DNA of 63,692 bases, the filler included, from Lenisia limosa (lineage: Eukaryota; Protista; Breviatea), in the NCBI GenBank assembly GCA_001655205.1. It is 9 parts of 9 records of this genome, joined end to end, with 100 filler letters (N's around TTAATTAATTAA, not from the genome) between each part and the next. Parts side by side here need not be neighbours in the genome. Positions count along the whole stretch, not along the records: positions 1 to 14,147 come from LPNZ01007130.1; positions 14,248 to 17,710 come from LPNZ01005255.1; positions 17,811 to 20,068 come from LPNZ01002323.1; positions 20,169 to 24,779 come from LPNZ01009461.1; positions 24,880 to 48,937 come from LPNZ01008740.1; 4 more parts are not named here. One strand, given 5' to 3'. Positions within the stretch are counted from its first letter, which is position 1. Each line of letters starts with the position of its first letter. The position numbers were made by a program, and so were the translations under genes. Of the stretch, positions 12,598 to 24,889 are shown piece after piece. The notes below the pieces were generated by a model. It had not been told where the DNA came from. It was given only the letters and a program-made list of their open reading frames with translations, and did not search any database.

Positions 12598-14147
12598 CAG
12601 CTTTCCTCATCCCAGTCATCCACGCCATGACCGTCGGCAATTCCGTTTGCTTCAGATCAAAGATTGCAAGACATGCGTTTGGACTTTGATCACTCACCCG
12701 GCTCTGGGCTAAAACGGCTTGGGCGATCCTGACAAATTAGTATTGTGCATGATTAATATTTCCGAAAGATTAAATTTTCTTGGAGTAGATATTTTTTCAT
12801 GTAATNNNNNNNNNNNNNNNNNNNNNNNNNNNNNNNNNNNNNNNNNNNNNNNNNNNNNNNNNNNNNNNNNNNNNNNNNNNNNNNNNNNNNNNNNNNNNNN
12901 NNNNNNNNNNNNNNNNTTGCTGAAATCCAGTATTCTGGGGCTGCGGGGAAATGATCTTCACCTGAGAGCTAAGCTTCCAAACATTGTGTGTAGTGATTGT
13001 AACTCTCAAGAAATTCTGGAATTATCTGGATCGGAGTGAAGCCTGAATAATATATCATATACAAGAATTTGACAAAGTTAATATTTAACTTTATAAGACA
13101 ATATAATCCAGTTTAAAAGTTGCTATTTAATTTCTATTTCCATCTTACAAAAGTTTTTCCGCAAATCACATCACAGAAAAACATTTCAGACATTTATATA
13201 TTTCAACTTTGGTCAATATTTAATTGCAATGAGCTAAAAATCTGTTAGCAGAAATATTGCAGTTGTAATTTTCAGATATTGATTCTGAAAGCATCCAGGC
13301 GAGAAGCCAACATACCAGGTTCGGGAAGGAAGCCTGGCGTGAGCGTGTGGAACAGGTCGAGACCCGGGGCCTGGGAAGATAAAGAAAAAAGAGGATGAAC
13401 ACTTGAAAACTATTTATCAACAATTTCGCGAGAACATTTGATGTGCAAGATGAAGACATGTTGGGAAGGTAAGAATAATTAAGAACTATTTGTGAAATGA
13501 GATATAATTTAAGAAAAGTTGGGAAAGGAGCGACGTTTAAGAAATAATGGATGGTGAACAGAAATATTGGAAGACGAGCAGCTTTAAGCAAAAATGGAAA
13601 TGTGACAGTAAAGAAAGATTGGTTTTCTTGTTTCCTTATGCAAATGCATCCACTTTCAAAAGTAACCCGGAAAAGAATTTCGCAGACCTTCAACAAATGG
13701 CCTGTTCCTCGACTGATGGATTTCTTTGAATTAGTTGGGGGTGCGGAAACTGTTTGTGATACCTGAAAGGAAGGTCAGAAATGAAAAAAAATTTTTTAAA
13801 AAAAACAGGGTAAGTTCAAAATAATAATCATAAGTCAAGAACCAAGTACAACCTGGCATCTTTGTCAGATAGTATACGTAGGGCTTTCCTACGGTCCAAT
13901 AAAGACCGATGTAATATCGATATTTCCCTAGATTTATCGAGTAATTTGGATTTTTTGAGACTGCAGGGAATCTCTAAGTATACTGCATTACATCAATATG
14001 AAAGTTTATCAGATAATACAAAATAGAGTATATTTCATTATAGTCATACGGAATATTATTATAATATATATTCATTTCAAAACCAGGATATAAAAAAAAG
14101 GGCTTTACCTGGGGGATGCTACTGCTAGAGTGGAGTACAGCGAAGAT
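12598..14147 (-). CDS. 3' part of an uncharacterised protein, 5' end cut by a spacer
   Basis: In-phase GT-AG exons IFAVLHSSSSIPQ | VSQTVSAPPTNSKKSISRGTGHLLKVCEILFR | APGLDLFHTLTPGFLPEP ... RIAQAVLAQSR | ANGIADGHGVDDWDEES*. The middle exon(s) are unresolved because of the gap at 12806-12916. Confidence 0.5.
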
Positions 14148-14247
14148 NNNNNNNNNNNNNNNNNNNNNNNNNNNNNNNNNNNNNNNNNNNNTTAATTAAT
14201 TAANNNNNNNNNNNNNNNNNNNNNNNNNNNNNNNNNNNNNNNNNNNN
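14148..14247. other. Artificial 100-nt scaffold spacer (also at 17711-17810, 20069-20168, 24780-24879, 48938-49037, 52365-52464, 55354-55453, 61154-61253)
   Basis: Each is exactly N44 + TTAATTAATTAA + N44. The 12-mer is self-complementary and has stop codons in all six frames, and genes are truncated at these points. Confidence 0.97.
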
Positions 14248-14304
14248 GTATTATAATTTGTGTTCTTTTAGCTTCTTGATGGGTGATTTGGTTAGTAAAA
14301 ACTA

Positions 14305-14362
14305 TACTCTAATCCATTATCTTTTATAAGCGTGATAGGCTGGACGGCTTCGGCCAGATACC
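14305..14362 (+). repeat. Dispersed repeat family B, best copy (others: 12365-12420 -, 20169-20195 -, 20874-20910 -, 28786-28812 -, 43900-43935 +, 48345-48362 +, 54483-54540 -, 59361-59390 +, 62738-62775 +)
   Basis: Consensus by eye: TACTATAATCCAATATCTTTTATAAGCGTGATGGTGTGGACGGCTTCGGCCAGATACAACCTT. Confidence 0.85.
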
Positions 14363-14440
14363 ACAATCTGAATAACAAATAAATACATAGGGATACCATC
14401 AACAAAACACCTCTCCCCCGTCATTTCCCTCATTCCATAG

Positions 14441-17400
14441 GCCCCTGCTCCCTCTGTCAACATTGATGAAAACAACGAGGTTAGACCCGTAGCTCTCCCC
14501 CCCCCCCCCCNNNNNNNNNNNNNNNNNNNNNNNNNNNNNNNNNNNNNNNNNNNNNNNNNNNNNNNNNNNNNNNNNNNNNNNNNNNNNNNNNNNNNNNNNN
14601 NNNNNNNNNNNNNNNNNNNNNNNNNNNNNNNNNNNNNNNNNNNNNNNNNNNNNNNNNNNNNNNNNNNNNNNNNGAGGAAATTAGTCTTTTTTTGGAACCC
14701 TCCCGTTTTTTATTGTATTTTATTTTATTTCATACATTTTCCCTCTAGAAGGTGAAAATGCTCGAAGACCGCATTCAGTTCCTCACAGAAGACATTCAAA
14801 GAATCACTGCCGAGCGTCAGGCCTTTATTGATGAAATTGACTGGCTGAGGAAGGAAGTGGGGGAGGGGAGGGGGGGGGGGANNNNNNNNNNNNNNNNNNN
14901 NNNNNNNNNNNNNNNNNNNNNNNNNNNNNNNNNNNNNNNNNNNNNNNNNNNNNNNNNNNNNNNNNNNNNNNNNNNNNNNNNNNNNNNNNNNNNNNNNNNN
15001 NNNNNNNNNNNNNNNNNNNNNNNNNNNNNNNNNNNNNNNNNNNNNNNNNNNNNNNNCAAGCAGTTACTCAGTGTCTTCTCAATCCTGTAAGCGTGAACGT
15101 TTCCTGATAAATACGATATGAGCTTTATCTTAAGCCAATGGTGCCAGGAGGTATCGCAGTCAGTTAAGATGGTATCTCAACAAATCGCTGATAGATTACT
15201 ACCTCTTTTTCAAAAAATGTTTTTTAAAACGGAAAATAGGTTCTATCATTTTGCCAAAAACATGAAATAATAATGAAAAATTTTCGATCCACCCCACCCC
15301 CCATATATGTTGGGTGAGAAGTAGACTTATCACCCCCAAGAGGAATAACAATATCAATACGTGCTGCTGCAGAAACGACTGGCCTGGGCTTGTTTGTTTT
15401 GTTGTTATCAACCCTATTATCAGCCAACAGAGTTGATTTTGAGCTCTTTTTTTTTGTTTTATCAATTTTCTAATTTTCCTCTCCCGACCCCCAAGATGGA
15501 CAAAAACTCTCAATACCCCTCTAACATCCCAGTACCGGTGAGGCCGACTCATTGCGGCAGCGGGTGACGGGTTTGGAGGCTGAAACCGCGGCCCTGGTAT
15601 CGACCCGGCAGAATGAGCGGGTGGAAATTCAGGTGAGCGACACGGGGTTAATTTGCTGCAGTAAAGTCTCTATTGTCTGTATGAAATCTCATATGACAAT
15701 TCTGAACGCAGGAGCAAGCAGGCTTATATTTCACTGTATGCCTTCTAATATTTCATTTTTTGTTGTAATCTTACTTTACCCACCAAATTCCCACAGTGTC
15801 CCTTCGATATTTCTATTGTCTCCTTCTCATGTCAAAACAGAACGCTGAAGGTGCACGCAGACTCAAATTAGAGGCAGTAGTAAAGGACCTACTTACCGAG
15901 CTCAAGACCGTTCGCCAGGAGAGGACTAACTTGAGAGTCCAGGTTTGTTTTGGTATTTTTTTTTGTTTTTTTTTTTTTGGGGGGGGGGGGNNNNNNNNNN
16001 NNNNNNNNNNNNNNNNNNNNNNNNNNNNNNNNNNNNNNNNNNNNNNNNNNNNNNNNNNNNNNNNNNNNNNNNNNNNNNNNNNNNNNNNNNNNNNNNNNNN
16101 NNNNCCGGTCGTTTCCCCATCCCGTTACCCCCAGATTGAAAAAGTCCACGGCAGCAGCCAAGCTCACATCGAGGCTACCCTCCAGGAAACAGAGAACCTT
16201 CTTAAACCCTTCCTCAACCGCGAGAAGTCCTTTGTAGGCTTTGGAAAACAAAATAAGAGATAATATAACAAGAGAAGAAAGTAGATAAATTGAAAACCAA
16301 AATAATTAATTGAGGGAGAAAATAATGCATGGCAATGTAATTTAGCCTCTTTTAACGGATCACACTACTGCATACGATTCTTTTATTGTTTAGTCCGCCC
16401 AGCGTGTGGTTGTTTTGGAGGAGAAGGTCAAACAGCTGCACAAGGAGATTGAGTGGGGGGAGGGGGGGGGGAGGTATCAAACCGCTGGGATGACAACTAT
16501 CAATTTCTTTTCTCATTACTAATATTTATTTTTACTCAATTTCTTCTCCACTCACTCACCAGGGACAACGCCAACGCTCAAGCCGAAGAAAAGCTCAGCG
16601 AGCTGAATGAGAATTGCTCATATTCTGAAGTGAGAGGATGGACANNNNNNNNNNNNNNNNNNNNNNNNNNNNNNNNNNNNNNNNNNNNNNNNNNNNNNNN
16701 NNNNNNNNNNNNNNNNNNNNNNNNNNNNNNNNNNNNNNNNNNGTTCCTACGATACCATTTCTTGATAAATCCTCTATAAATATGGATATTGTAAGGTCTT
16801 TTTCGGACCTTAGGAAATCCCTACCCAATTACCATTCAGCTGCGCACTTCCGAGTTGCGACTCAGGGCAGAAATCAAAGTTCTAAAGGCAAAGAGTATGA
16901 TGGGAGGGGCAATGAATATTGTCGTGAAGGCACTAATCACGACCGAATAATCTGAAACTTCAAACATAATCAGCACAAGCAATAACAAACACTACAAATA
17001 TATACTACGGATGACACCCACAAAAGCAAAGCCTAAATAAAGGGGGGCACGGGGGTAGGTAATTGGAGGTGGTTTTATGGAGTGATATAATAAGTGGGTA
17101 GTGGGAATAATGGTGGTGGTATTCCCGTTGATTATTTCCTCCTGTTCTTCCCCGTTTTTGACCCAATTTGACCCGCTCAGTTATCAGTTCTGAAAATGAC
17201 TCTTCTGATGCGCTGTACTCTGAAATCGAATCAATTGGTACGCGCCAGGGGCTTTTCTTTCTTCTTCTTTTTTGAGAATCTGACACATCAAGAAAATGAT
17301 ACAGGACAATACTCTAATGTTGAAAACATGGGGATACCATAAGCATAAACCGCCATATGAGTATTACTGCTTATGTCTTGGAATAGTGTTTATTACAATA

Positions 17401-17562
17401 AATCTAATGTATTTTTATTAAATGATTGCTGCTTATGGCCCATATTAGGCAAGAAGACTAACCCTATTAGGTAAAGCCCTCGAAGACAGTTCGATCCAGA
17501 ACGGCAATCTTCTCAAGCAGATTAAGGACAAAGATGCCACTATCACACGACTCATTTCTGAG
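14441..17562 (+). CDS. BRE1: BRE1/RNF20/HUB1-like histone H2B E3 ubiquitin ligase, partial (coiled-coil region; RING lost beyond the spacer)
   Basis: At least 10 coiled-coil exons. The last two (17188-17237, 17471-17562) read DALYSEIESIGKALEDSSIQNGNLLKQIKDKDATITRLISE, matching the BRE1-family motif SE(M/I)ExxGxAxEDxQxQNxxLxxQxxE(K/R)DDxNxKLxSE as I recall it. Confidence 0.8.
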
Positions 17563-18153
17563 GTAACAGGGCACCACTTCACTGTTTCTTTTTTCAGTTT
17601 TATTCGAATAGAAAATACTATATCATAGTATATAGTCAATATCGTTCCCCTCTCTCCCCGGATGTGGCTTGAACCATCATAAATATTCCATTATTGCCCT
17701 GCTCCTATCCNNNNNNNNNNNNNNNNNNNNNNNNNNNNNNNNNNNNNNNNNNNNTTAATTAATTAANNNNNNNNNNNNNNNNNNNNNNNNNNNNNNNNNN
17801 NNNNNNNNNNGAACTCACTTTCTTCTTAGATACAGAATATATGAAACTTGAAATAAAACAAGAGAGTAGCTGGACTAAGACGACCACACAGCCATTCACT
17901 ATGAGAGAAAATCCCCTAGTTGTCGTGGAATGCAGGCAAATAGGGTTGTGTTCGTGTCAAAAGGGTTTCAAAATTCAAAAAAACAATATAAAAGACAAAA
18001 TAATATCTTATTCGGGTTTCACGCTGTTCCAAAAAAAAAACCTACAGAATGTCGAATATTTTTATTGAGGATTTATCATTTTCAAAGCGGGATGTATTAT
18101 TTAAAAGTATATAAAATACATGTACAATGTATATGCATAGAAAAGTCCAATAC

Positions 18154-20068
18154 CCACGAGCGATGGAGTCGTAGCCCTCATCATATGCGGTAATTCCGGA
18201 GGGGCATGAGGACCGTGGGGCTACGTGAGGAAGTTAATCTTTTTGAAGAACTGGAAAATATCAAAAAAAAATAAAAGGACACAATAAGATGGCCACTTCA
18301 CAGCAAAAAAAAAAATAATGAAAAAAAAAAAAAACCAATTAGATTGCAACACGCCAAAAGTTAAACATCAGTTCATAGATACAATGCAGAAGGACCTTTT
18401 GTGAATTTTTAATAAGGAATTCTTGGAAATTCTGAATGGATTCAAGAAACACAGAGGCCATCCAACATAATACGTTTGGTACATCTGTCCTTGCGCCATG
18501 TTAGTAGGATGCGTCATATGGACGCCGGAATTTGGGGTACCGACAAACGGGGGTGTTTCATGCGGGGGCGGAGTGGGTCTGAAGGAAGTCTTCAATTGCG
18601 AGGCTTGGAGCTGGTTCTGCTGCTGCTCTAAAAGCTGCCTCTGTTGCTCGTACATTTGCTGCTGTTGTTGCTGTTCAAGCATTTGCTGCTGCTGTTGTTG
18701 TTCATAGATTTGTTGTTGCTGCTGTTGTTGTTCAAGCATTTGTTGCTGCTCCTGAAGTTGCAATTGCTGCTGTTCGAATAACTGCTGCTGCTGCTGCTGT
18801 TTTTCAAGGAGCTGCTGAGTTTGCTCGTGCAGTTTCTGTTGTTCTTGGAATTTCTGTTGCTCTTGGAATTTCTGTTGCTCATGCAATTTCTGCTGTTCGT
18901 GCATGTTCGACTGGAATGCCTGGCTATTGTAGGACATGGATTGAACCTTTATTGTGAGTAGAAAGTACAAATGGACAATTTATGGAACAAAAAAAACCCA
19001 CGAATCAACTCAGTTGGTAAGCGTTTGGGAAACATAAAAGGGAAAGAAACAACAAAACAAACAAAGCCCAAGCCAGTCGCTTTTGCAGCACCACATCACG
19101 TTGCTCTAATGGGGATGTAAAGATGATATAAAACAAGTCAACTTGAGTGTGATCTTATCTGTATCATCTTTGTGATCCCTAATACAGTGCACTACTGCGT
19201 ATCGACTTGGTATTCATTCGTATGAAAAAGTTGCGATTTTTATGGGATTCCCCAACTTTCGTCAAAACATATACCTGAGGTGATTGATTTGGGGTTTGAA
19301 GATGAGCCGGCATAGTAGACGCGGCGATCTGATTAAGGCCGTTTTTGGTGGTAAGCGGTACCGTCTCGGATAGCCGCAAAGTTTCCATTGACTGCATAAT
19401 GTCAACGGTGTTATCTATCAACAAAAACCATATGTACAAATACTCGTGTTGATATTATCTATGATATTAAATGAAATGTCTTAATATCGATGTAACATCT
19501 GCACTAAGTTATATACATAGTACATGTCGATAAACTGTAATACTTCACAACAGATTAGTATACTATCATGTTTTATCGAAAAATTCAGTCATTGAAGTGA
19601 AGTCCTACTAATACCTTATTTCACATATAATATAAACTGAAAACGTTACTCAGGGTAATCATCAAATGGTATTCTAAATATAGTGAAAGTGATCAATAGT
19701 TTACATGCTGCATTTGGACAGAAGCTCAGAAGCAACATCAATCAAATAGAGGGGATCAATAAACCATTTTAAGGGAGCTTTGAGAAGAAAATAATCACAT
19801 CATCATTTTATTGATTAAGATCGCCCATCACCAACCTTGGAAGCTACTTGACCAGAGGCACCCCCGAGTGGCGCTTCCGGCGTTTTCTGGTTGGAAGGAA
19901 CTGGACCAATCCCCTGCGGTGACCGTAACTCTGTCATTTTCGGGGAGAGCACGGATGACGTGGTCTTGACAACCGGGGATCCCGGGTAGAAGCGGCTGAA
20001 TTCCGGTGGAACAGGCCGACCAGCGGCGTGACTCAGGTAGGCGTGGAGGGGGGCTTTATCTTTAGATC
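18154..20068 (-). CDS. C-terminal part of a polyglutamine and Ser/Pro-rich protein, 5' end cut by a spacer
   Basis: Phase-consistent exons SKDKAPLHAYLSHAAGRPVPPEFSRFYPGSP...VASK | SMETLRLSETV...NQSPQ | VQSMSYNSQAF...(Q-rich)...YQTYY | PHGPHAPPELPHMMRATTPSLV. Confidence 0.75.
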
Positions 20069-20430
20069 NNNNNNNNNNNNNNNNNNNNNNNNNNNNNNNN
20101 NNNNNNNNNNNNTTAATTAATTAANNNNNNNNNNNNNNNNNNNNNNNNNNNNNNNNNNNNNNNNNNNNGTCCACACCATCACACTAATAAGATATGTATA
20201 TTGGATGAGAATATATTAATTACCCAAAAAAACCCAATCATTTGCCTTACAACTCTGTGCACACAGCTTTCTGCATACATAGGATAGGGCTCCGTGCAGT
20301 AAATTAATTTGACGTGGAACATACTGTAACGAAAACCCTATTCCAGATACTTTTATTTCTAATTTTAACAATTAGATTCCTCAAAAAATTTGCACAGCCC
20401 TACTAATAAACAAACCCGCCACCCCCCCAC

Positions 20431-23400
20431 ATGCACTCTGCATTCCTAGTTTGGTGGCCCGGGCCGCATGAGGCTGAACACTCACTCCACTGGGAGTAAT
20501 TCCAACCTGAGAGAGTAAAATTGGAAAAAATATGGAGAAATATCGCCCAAAACTCTCTCCATCCCCCACCCCTTACCCCCCAACATACCGCATTTTCCAG
20601 GGTTACAAGCCATTGAGGCAGCTGGTTTGGTTGCTGCATCGCAGTTGGATTCGTCCTAAGAGTTAAACAGGGAAATGAGTAGGACATTACATTGTACTAA
20701 AATAAGAGACGGTCAAAAAGAGCATCAAAATAACATAACTAAAAACGAAGCACCTTAACATCAGACCCCTCCCCTTAATTCAACAGGTAAACAAATAAAT
20801 AAGTAAAAAAGTAGCACGCAGTATGAAACTGTAATTTTCTATCATATAGAAAGGCGATGAGAAATACAAAGTTTATCTGGCCGAAGGTGTCCACGCCATT
20901 ACGCTTATAAATAGAGTAGAGCAGAGAAAAACAAATATGACTGAAGCAAAAAGTCGGGTGTATCCCTTGTTATCTCACCTTAATTGCGTTATTTTGGTTG
21001 AGACAATAAACCGAACGTGTGTAAGTGCCGTCACCACACGGTACCGAGCATTCCGACCAATATCCCGTGTGCCATTTGTACGTCGCTACAAGGTTAGTTG
21101 ACACTAGGGCTAAACTAGATTCTCAGAATGACCGTGTCGATATTCATTTTGCCTATCGTCACTTCCTGTTTACTCCACAACTATTATCATCCCTCATCAT
21201 GTCCCATTCTCCCACTGCAAGGCCCATTATTGCAGCTCTGAGACGAGGTTGGCCGGGTGGAGGCGTCGCAATAAGACGACGACACGTATTTGCCTGAGAA
21301 ATAAAGCAGGATTAATAGGATTAATAAGGGATTGCAGTAATAGGGATTAATAGAGGTTACAGCAATGGAGATTAGAATGAATAGTGCTTACAGTCATAGT
21401 ATTAATATGAGAATATTTTTTGGGATTATACATACTACATGAAATATACTTTGTAAAAGAGAGCAAAGTAATATGTATTTGCCTCAGAGATTAATAGGAT
21501 TTGAAATGGGAATCTTCACATGAGATAAATTACTATTGGAATGAAGTAATATCTAAAAGGTTGGAATATTGGTTCTAAATAGTTTTTGTACGGTGTTAAA
21601 GAAACGAATGCCTTTGTCTGTGATGATGAAGTGATGAAGCTAAAAGAGATGATAACGGAATATTTGCCTAACTCTGGAGATTTTTGCCTGAGATATGAGG
21701 ATAACAATACTAAGAGGACGACACTCAAACAACGAAGCACCGTGCATTCCACTAACCAGTGGACGAGATGCAGTAAATATAGCGGGTTTGAGTACCGTCG
21801 CCACAATCCTCGCTACAAGCTCCCCAGGGATAGATTTTCCAGTTGTACGTGGCTGTTGAGGGGGGGGGGTAAAATTGGAAATTTATGACGCAAAAAAGCC
21901 CAAATTAACTCTGCTGGCTGACAAACAACACACGAGGGTTGATAACAAAAACAAAAAAAAAAGCCCAGGCCAGTCGTCTACAGCGCCACATCCCATCACT
22001 CCGGTAAAAAACAGTCCCTCTATTCCATCCTACCTTGGAGTGCTACCAACAAATCCCCTTGCCCCCTTACAGCAGTCACCACTGTTGCATGTCTGGCTAG
22101 TAGAAGGCTTGGAACCCGTGCACATTGCGCTCGAGACAGTGCTGCCGCTGCTGTTCACGCAGTAAACAGTCCTGGTTTGTGTTCCTANNNNNNNNNNNNN
22201 NNNNNNNNNNNNNNNNNNNNNNNNNNNNNNNNNNNNNNNNNNNNNNNNNNNNNNNNNNNNNNNNNNNNNNNNNNNNNNNNNNNNNNNNNNNNNNNNNNNN
22301 NNNNNNNNNNNNNNNNNNNNNNNNNNNNNNNNNNNNNNNNNNNNNNNNNNNNNNNNNNNNNNNNNNNNNNNNNNNNNNCAGAAACCGTGTCATTGTTAAT
22401 GTAAATATTGTGTTTTAAGAGCTGTAGGAAAGTAAAGTGAAAGAAAAACAAGCCAGACAAACAAACTCATTAACAGCAAAGAAGAAACGGAAAAGGTATA
22501 ATGTAAAAGTTTGATTCAGCAACGCTCACCATCCAAGAATAGCTGGTGGTGCTGCCATCGTTGTCGTCAATAGTTGAGGAAGAGACGCATCTAGGGCGGT
22601 GGGTAAAATAGACATATTATGAAAGAGAAACATCACAAAATCAACTCTGTTGAATGACAAATAAATTATGAAACAGAAAAAACCCAGAATCAACGGGTGG
22701 TGATAAACATTCCGAAATTCAACAATATAATTGGGGTAAGGACAACTAAAGAAGAAAGACCAAAAAAAGAAACTCATTCCACATTGGCGGGGTTAAAAAC
22801 AATTGAAAACCTAAGCTCTCGTTCCGATCAAGAAACACACAGGCAAATAATACGAAAATGAGTGGGTTTTAAGACAACCTTTAACAAAATAAAAAAGACT
22901 AAAATCTTCGTGGAGGTAAATAAAACAAAACCAATGCTCACATTCCATCGAGACATTGCTTTCCAGTTGCGCATTGAATGCCGTCCCAAAAGATGGGGTG
23001 CGCCTACGGGGTAAAGAATTGTGGAAGGGTGAAATAAAACACACATCATATGGGTAAATATGAATAATCGGAAAAGAAACGAAGACTATCATGACGCAAC
23101 CTTTTATACACCCCCCCACGTTATTGGTCAGACACTTGGTGCGGGTGTAGGTACACGTCATTTGACCGCAATTAACCACGCCATTTGAACACCTTCGATG
23201 GGGGGGGGGGGGNNNNNNNNNNNNNNNNNNNNNNNNNNNNNNNNNNNNNNNNNNNNNNNNNNNNNNNNNNNNNNNNNNNNNNNNNNNNNNNNNNNNNNNN
23301 NNNNNNNNNNNNNNNNNNNNNNNNNNNNNNNNNNNNNNNNNNNNNNNNNNNNNNNNNNGTAGCAAAAACGCCCAAAATCGGTTAAAACAACAAACCAACC

Positions 23401-24738
23401 ATCCCCACAACCACCCCCCTACGCTTTCCAGGCGTAGCCACTCGAGAATGGTTGCGTCTCACATTGCTGCTGGACACTCACACACTGACCGCGGAAACAT
23501 ACCTGATAGGGGGGGGGGGTAAATTGGAAANNNNNNNNNNNNNNNNNNNNNNNNNNNNNNNNNNNNNNNNNNNNNNNNNNNNNNNNNNNNNNNNNNNNNN
23601 NNNNNNNNNNNNNNNNNNNNNNNNNNNCAACTATGTTGGTTAGCATTTGGAAAGGTAAAATACTATTTTTGGTTTGGAAACAAAGCCGTGATAGCCACGA
23701 TTCCTTCCCAATATAACAGTAGTCCCCCCTACAGCAGTACTGTCATCGTAACCGTCGCTGCATCTTGTACCTGCCGTCTTGTACTTGTCTAAAGTGTTTT
23801 CACAAAAGTGATATAAGCACCAATATTTCACCAACGCAAAATATTACCAACACTTCACACACCAGCACCATTATTTCACACCAGTTCTCCCACTTCACAC
23901 AACCATTTCCAACGCCAATGTACATTAATACCCCCCCAATACCCACCTGTAGGACACTTTCCACTCGAGCCAGTACAATACTCGGATTGATCGCAGGAAC
24001 TTTGAGCAGGCCTGCATTTGTAGCCTATTTTGTGATTTGGTTAGGGGGTCCACCAACTACCCACCTTGTAAAGCCAAATATCCCACACTTTTTATACAGC
24101 TATATATATGCATATATATCTTCCCCCACTCGAGGATCGAGGTTTGCAGGTGGACGGGTCGCAGCAAAGGTGACGGGCGCTGCAATAGGTAAGAGTTGAC
24201 AATTAGGGCTTCACTTCAGTTCGAAAAATCATCGAAATTTTTCGATATTTTACCGGTATTTTTTGAACCAAAGTGAAGCCCAAGAGAGAAGTAAACTGAT
24301 TATGGTGCTCGGGGAGTTTGGGAATGTGATGTTATGGAACATTCTCTGTAATTTCGCCCAGTCAATTTGGTTGCAAACCTGCAAGTCGCTGAACTCTTTA
24401 ATCTACAAGTTGACTGGACGCAGCAAGGGTCGTTATTAGTACATCCTGCAGGACCACAGTCGCACTCCTCGTTTCCTAATAAGGTCAAAACCATTTATTC
24501 CTAATTTATACACATAATATACTCTTTTGTATATCATAGTATGTATATCATATTATACTACATTATATGAACCCTCTTATTAGCAGGTAAATGTGTCAGA
24601 TGCATTTACATATCAAAGAGTATTACGTAATGTTGTATCGGAGAGACGCACATGTATGTTTGGAGGTAGAGTTGTAATAAAACCATTGTTACATACCTTC
24701 AACAATTCCGTCACCGCAAGTAATCGGGTGGGATGGAA
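20431..24738 (-). CDS. ADAM/ADAMTS-like protein, partial: disintegrin domain, Cys-rich region and at least 4 thrombospondin type-1 repeats
   Basis: Disintegrin: [75 protein letters not shown]. Cys-rich: [19 protein letters not shown]1 repeats: [27 protein letters not shown]; [24 protein letters not shown]; [24 protein letters not shown]; [24 protein letters not shown]. No metalloprotease domain is visible because the piece ends at the spacer. Confidence 0.88.
21861..22015 (-). repeat. Dispersed intronic repeat family A, best copy (others: 15361-15495 +, 18975-19095 -, 22640-22710 -, 23508-23530 -, 52920-53062 -, 53631-53710 -, 54961-55055 -)
   Basis: Shared blocks GTGCTGC.GAA(A/G)CGACTGGCCTGG(G)CTTT, TTGTTATCAACCCT, GTCAGCCA(A/G)CAGAGTTGATTTTGGGCT and CAT(A/C)AATTTTCCAATTTTAC(C/T)CCCC. 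Confidence 0.85.
24206..24281. mobile_element. MITE-like palindromic element family C, best copy (others: ~13880-13975, 33400-33478, 48516-48602, 53728-53819; partial ~5365-5430, 33695-33740, 37670-37705)
   Basis: 24-bp terminal inverted repeats GGGCTTCACTTCAGTTCGAAAAAT / ATTTTTTGAACCAAAGTGAAGCCC (3 mismatches). A shared internal core (AAAAGACTGA..TCTCGATAAATCC..CGATATTTT.CCGGTATTTTT) recurs in other copies. Confidence 0.7.
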
Positions 24739-24889
24739 CTAAAAAGTGAGTAATCAGGTGGGAGTGAGAAATAGAGGAGNNNNNNNNNNNNNNNNNNNNN
24801 NNNNNNNNNNNNNNNNNNNNNNNTTAATTAATTAANNNNNNNNNNNNNNNNNNNNNNNNNNNNNNNNNNNNNNNNNNNNAAGTATAACC

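Noticed and set aside
14148-14247. Perfectly conserved palindrome TTAATTAATTAA recurring eight times, resembling a biological repeat or CRISPR-like array
   Set aside because: It is always centred in exactly 88 Ns and encodes stops in all six frames, so it is an assembly spacer.
18498-18882. Poly-Cys and poly-Ser/Asn ORFs
   Set aside because: They are alternate frames and strands of the polyQ exon.
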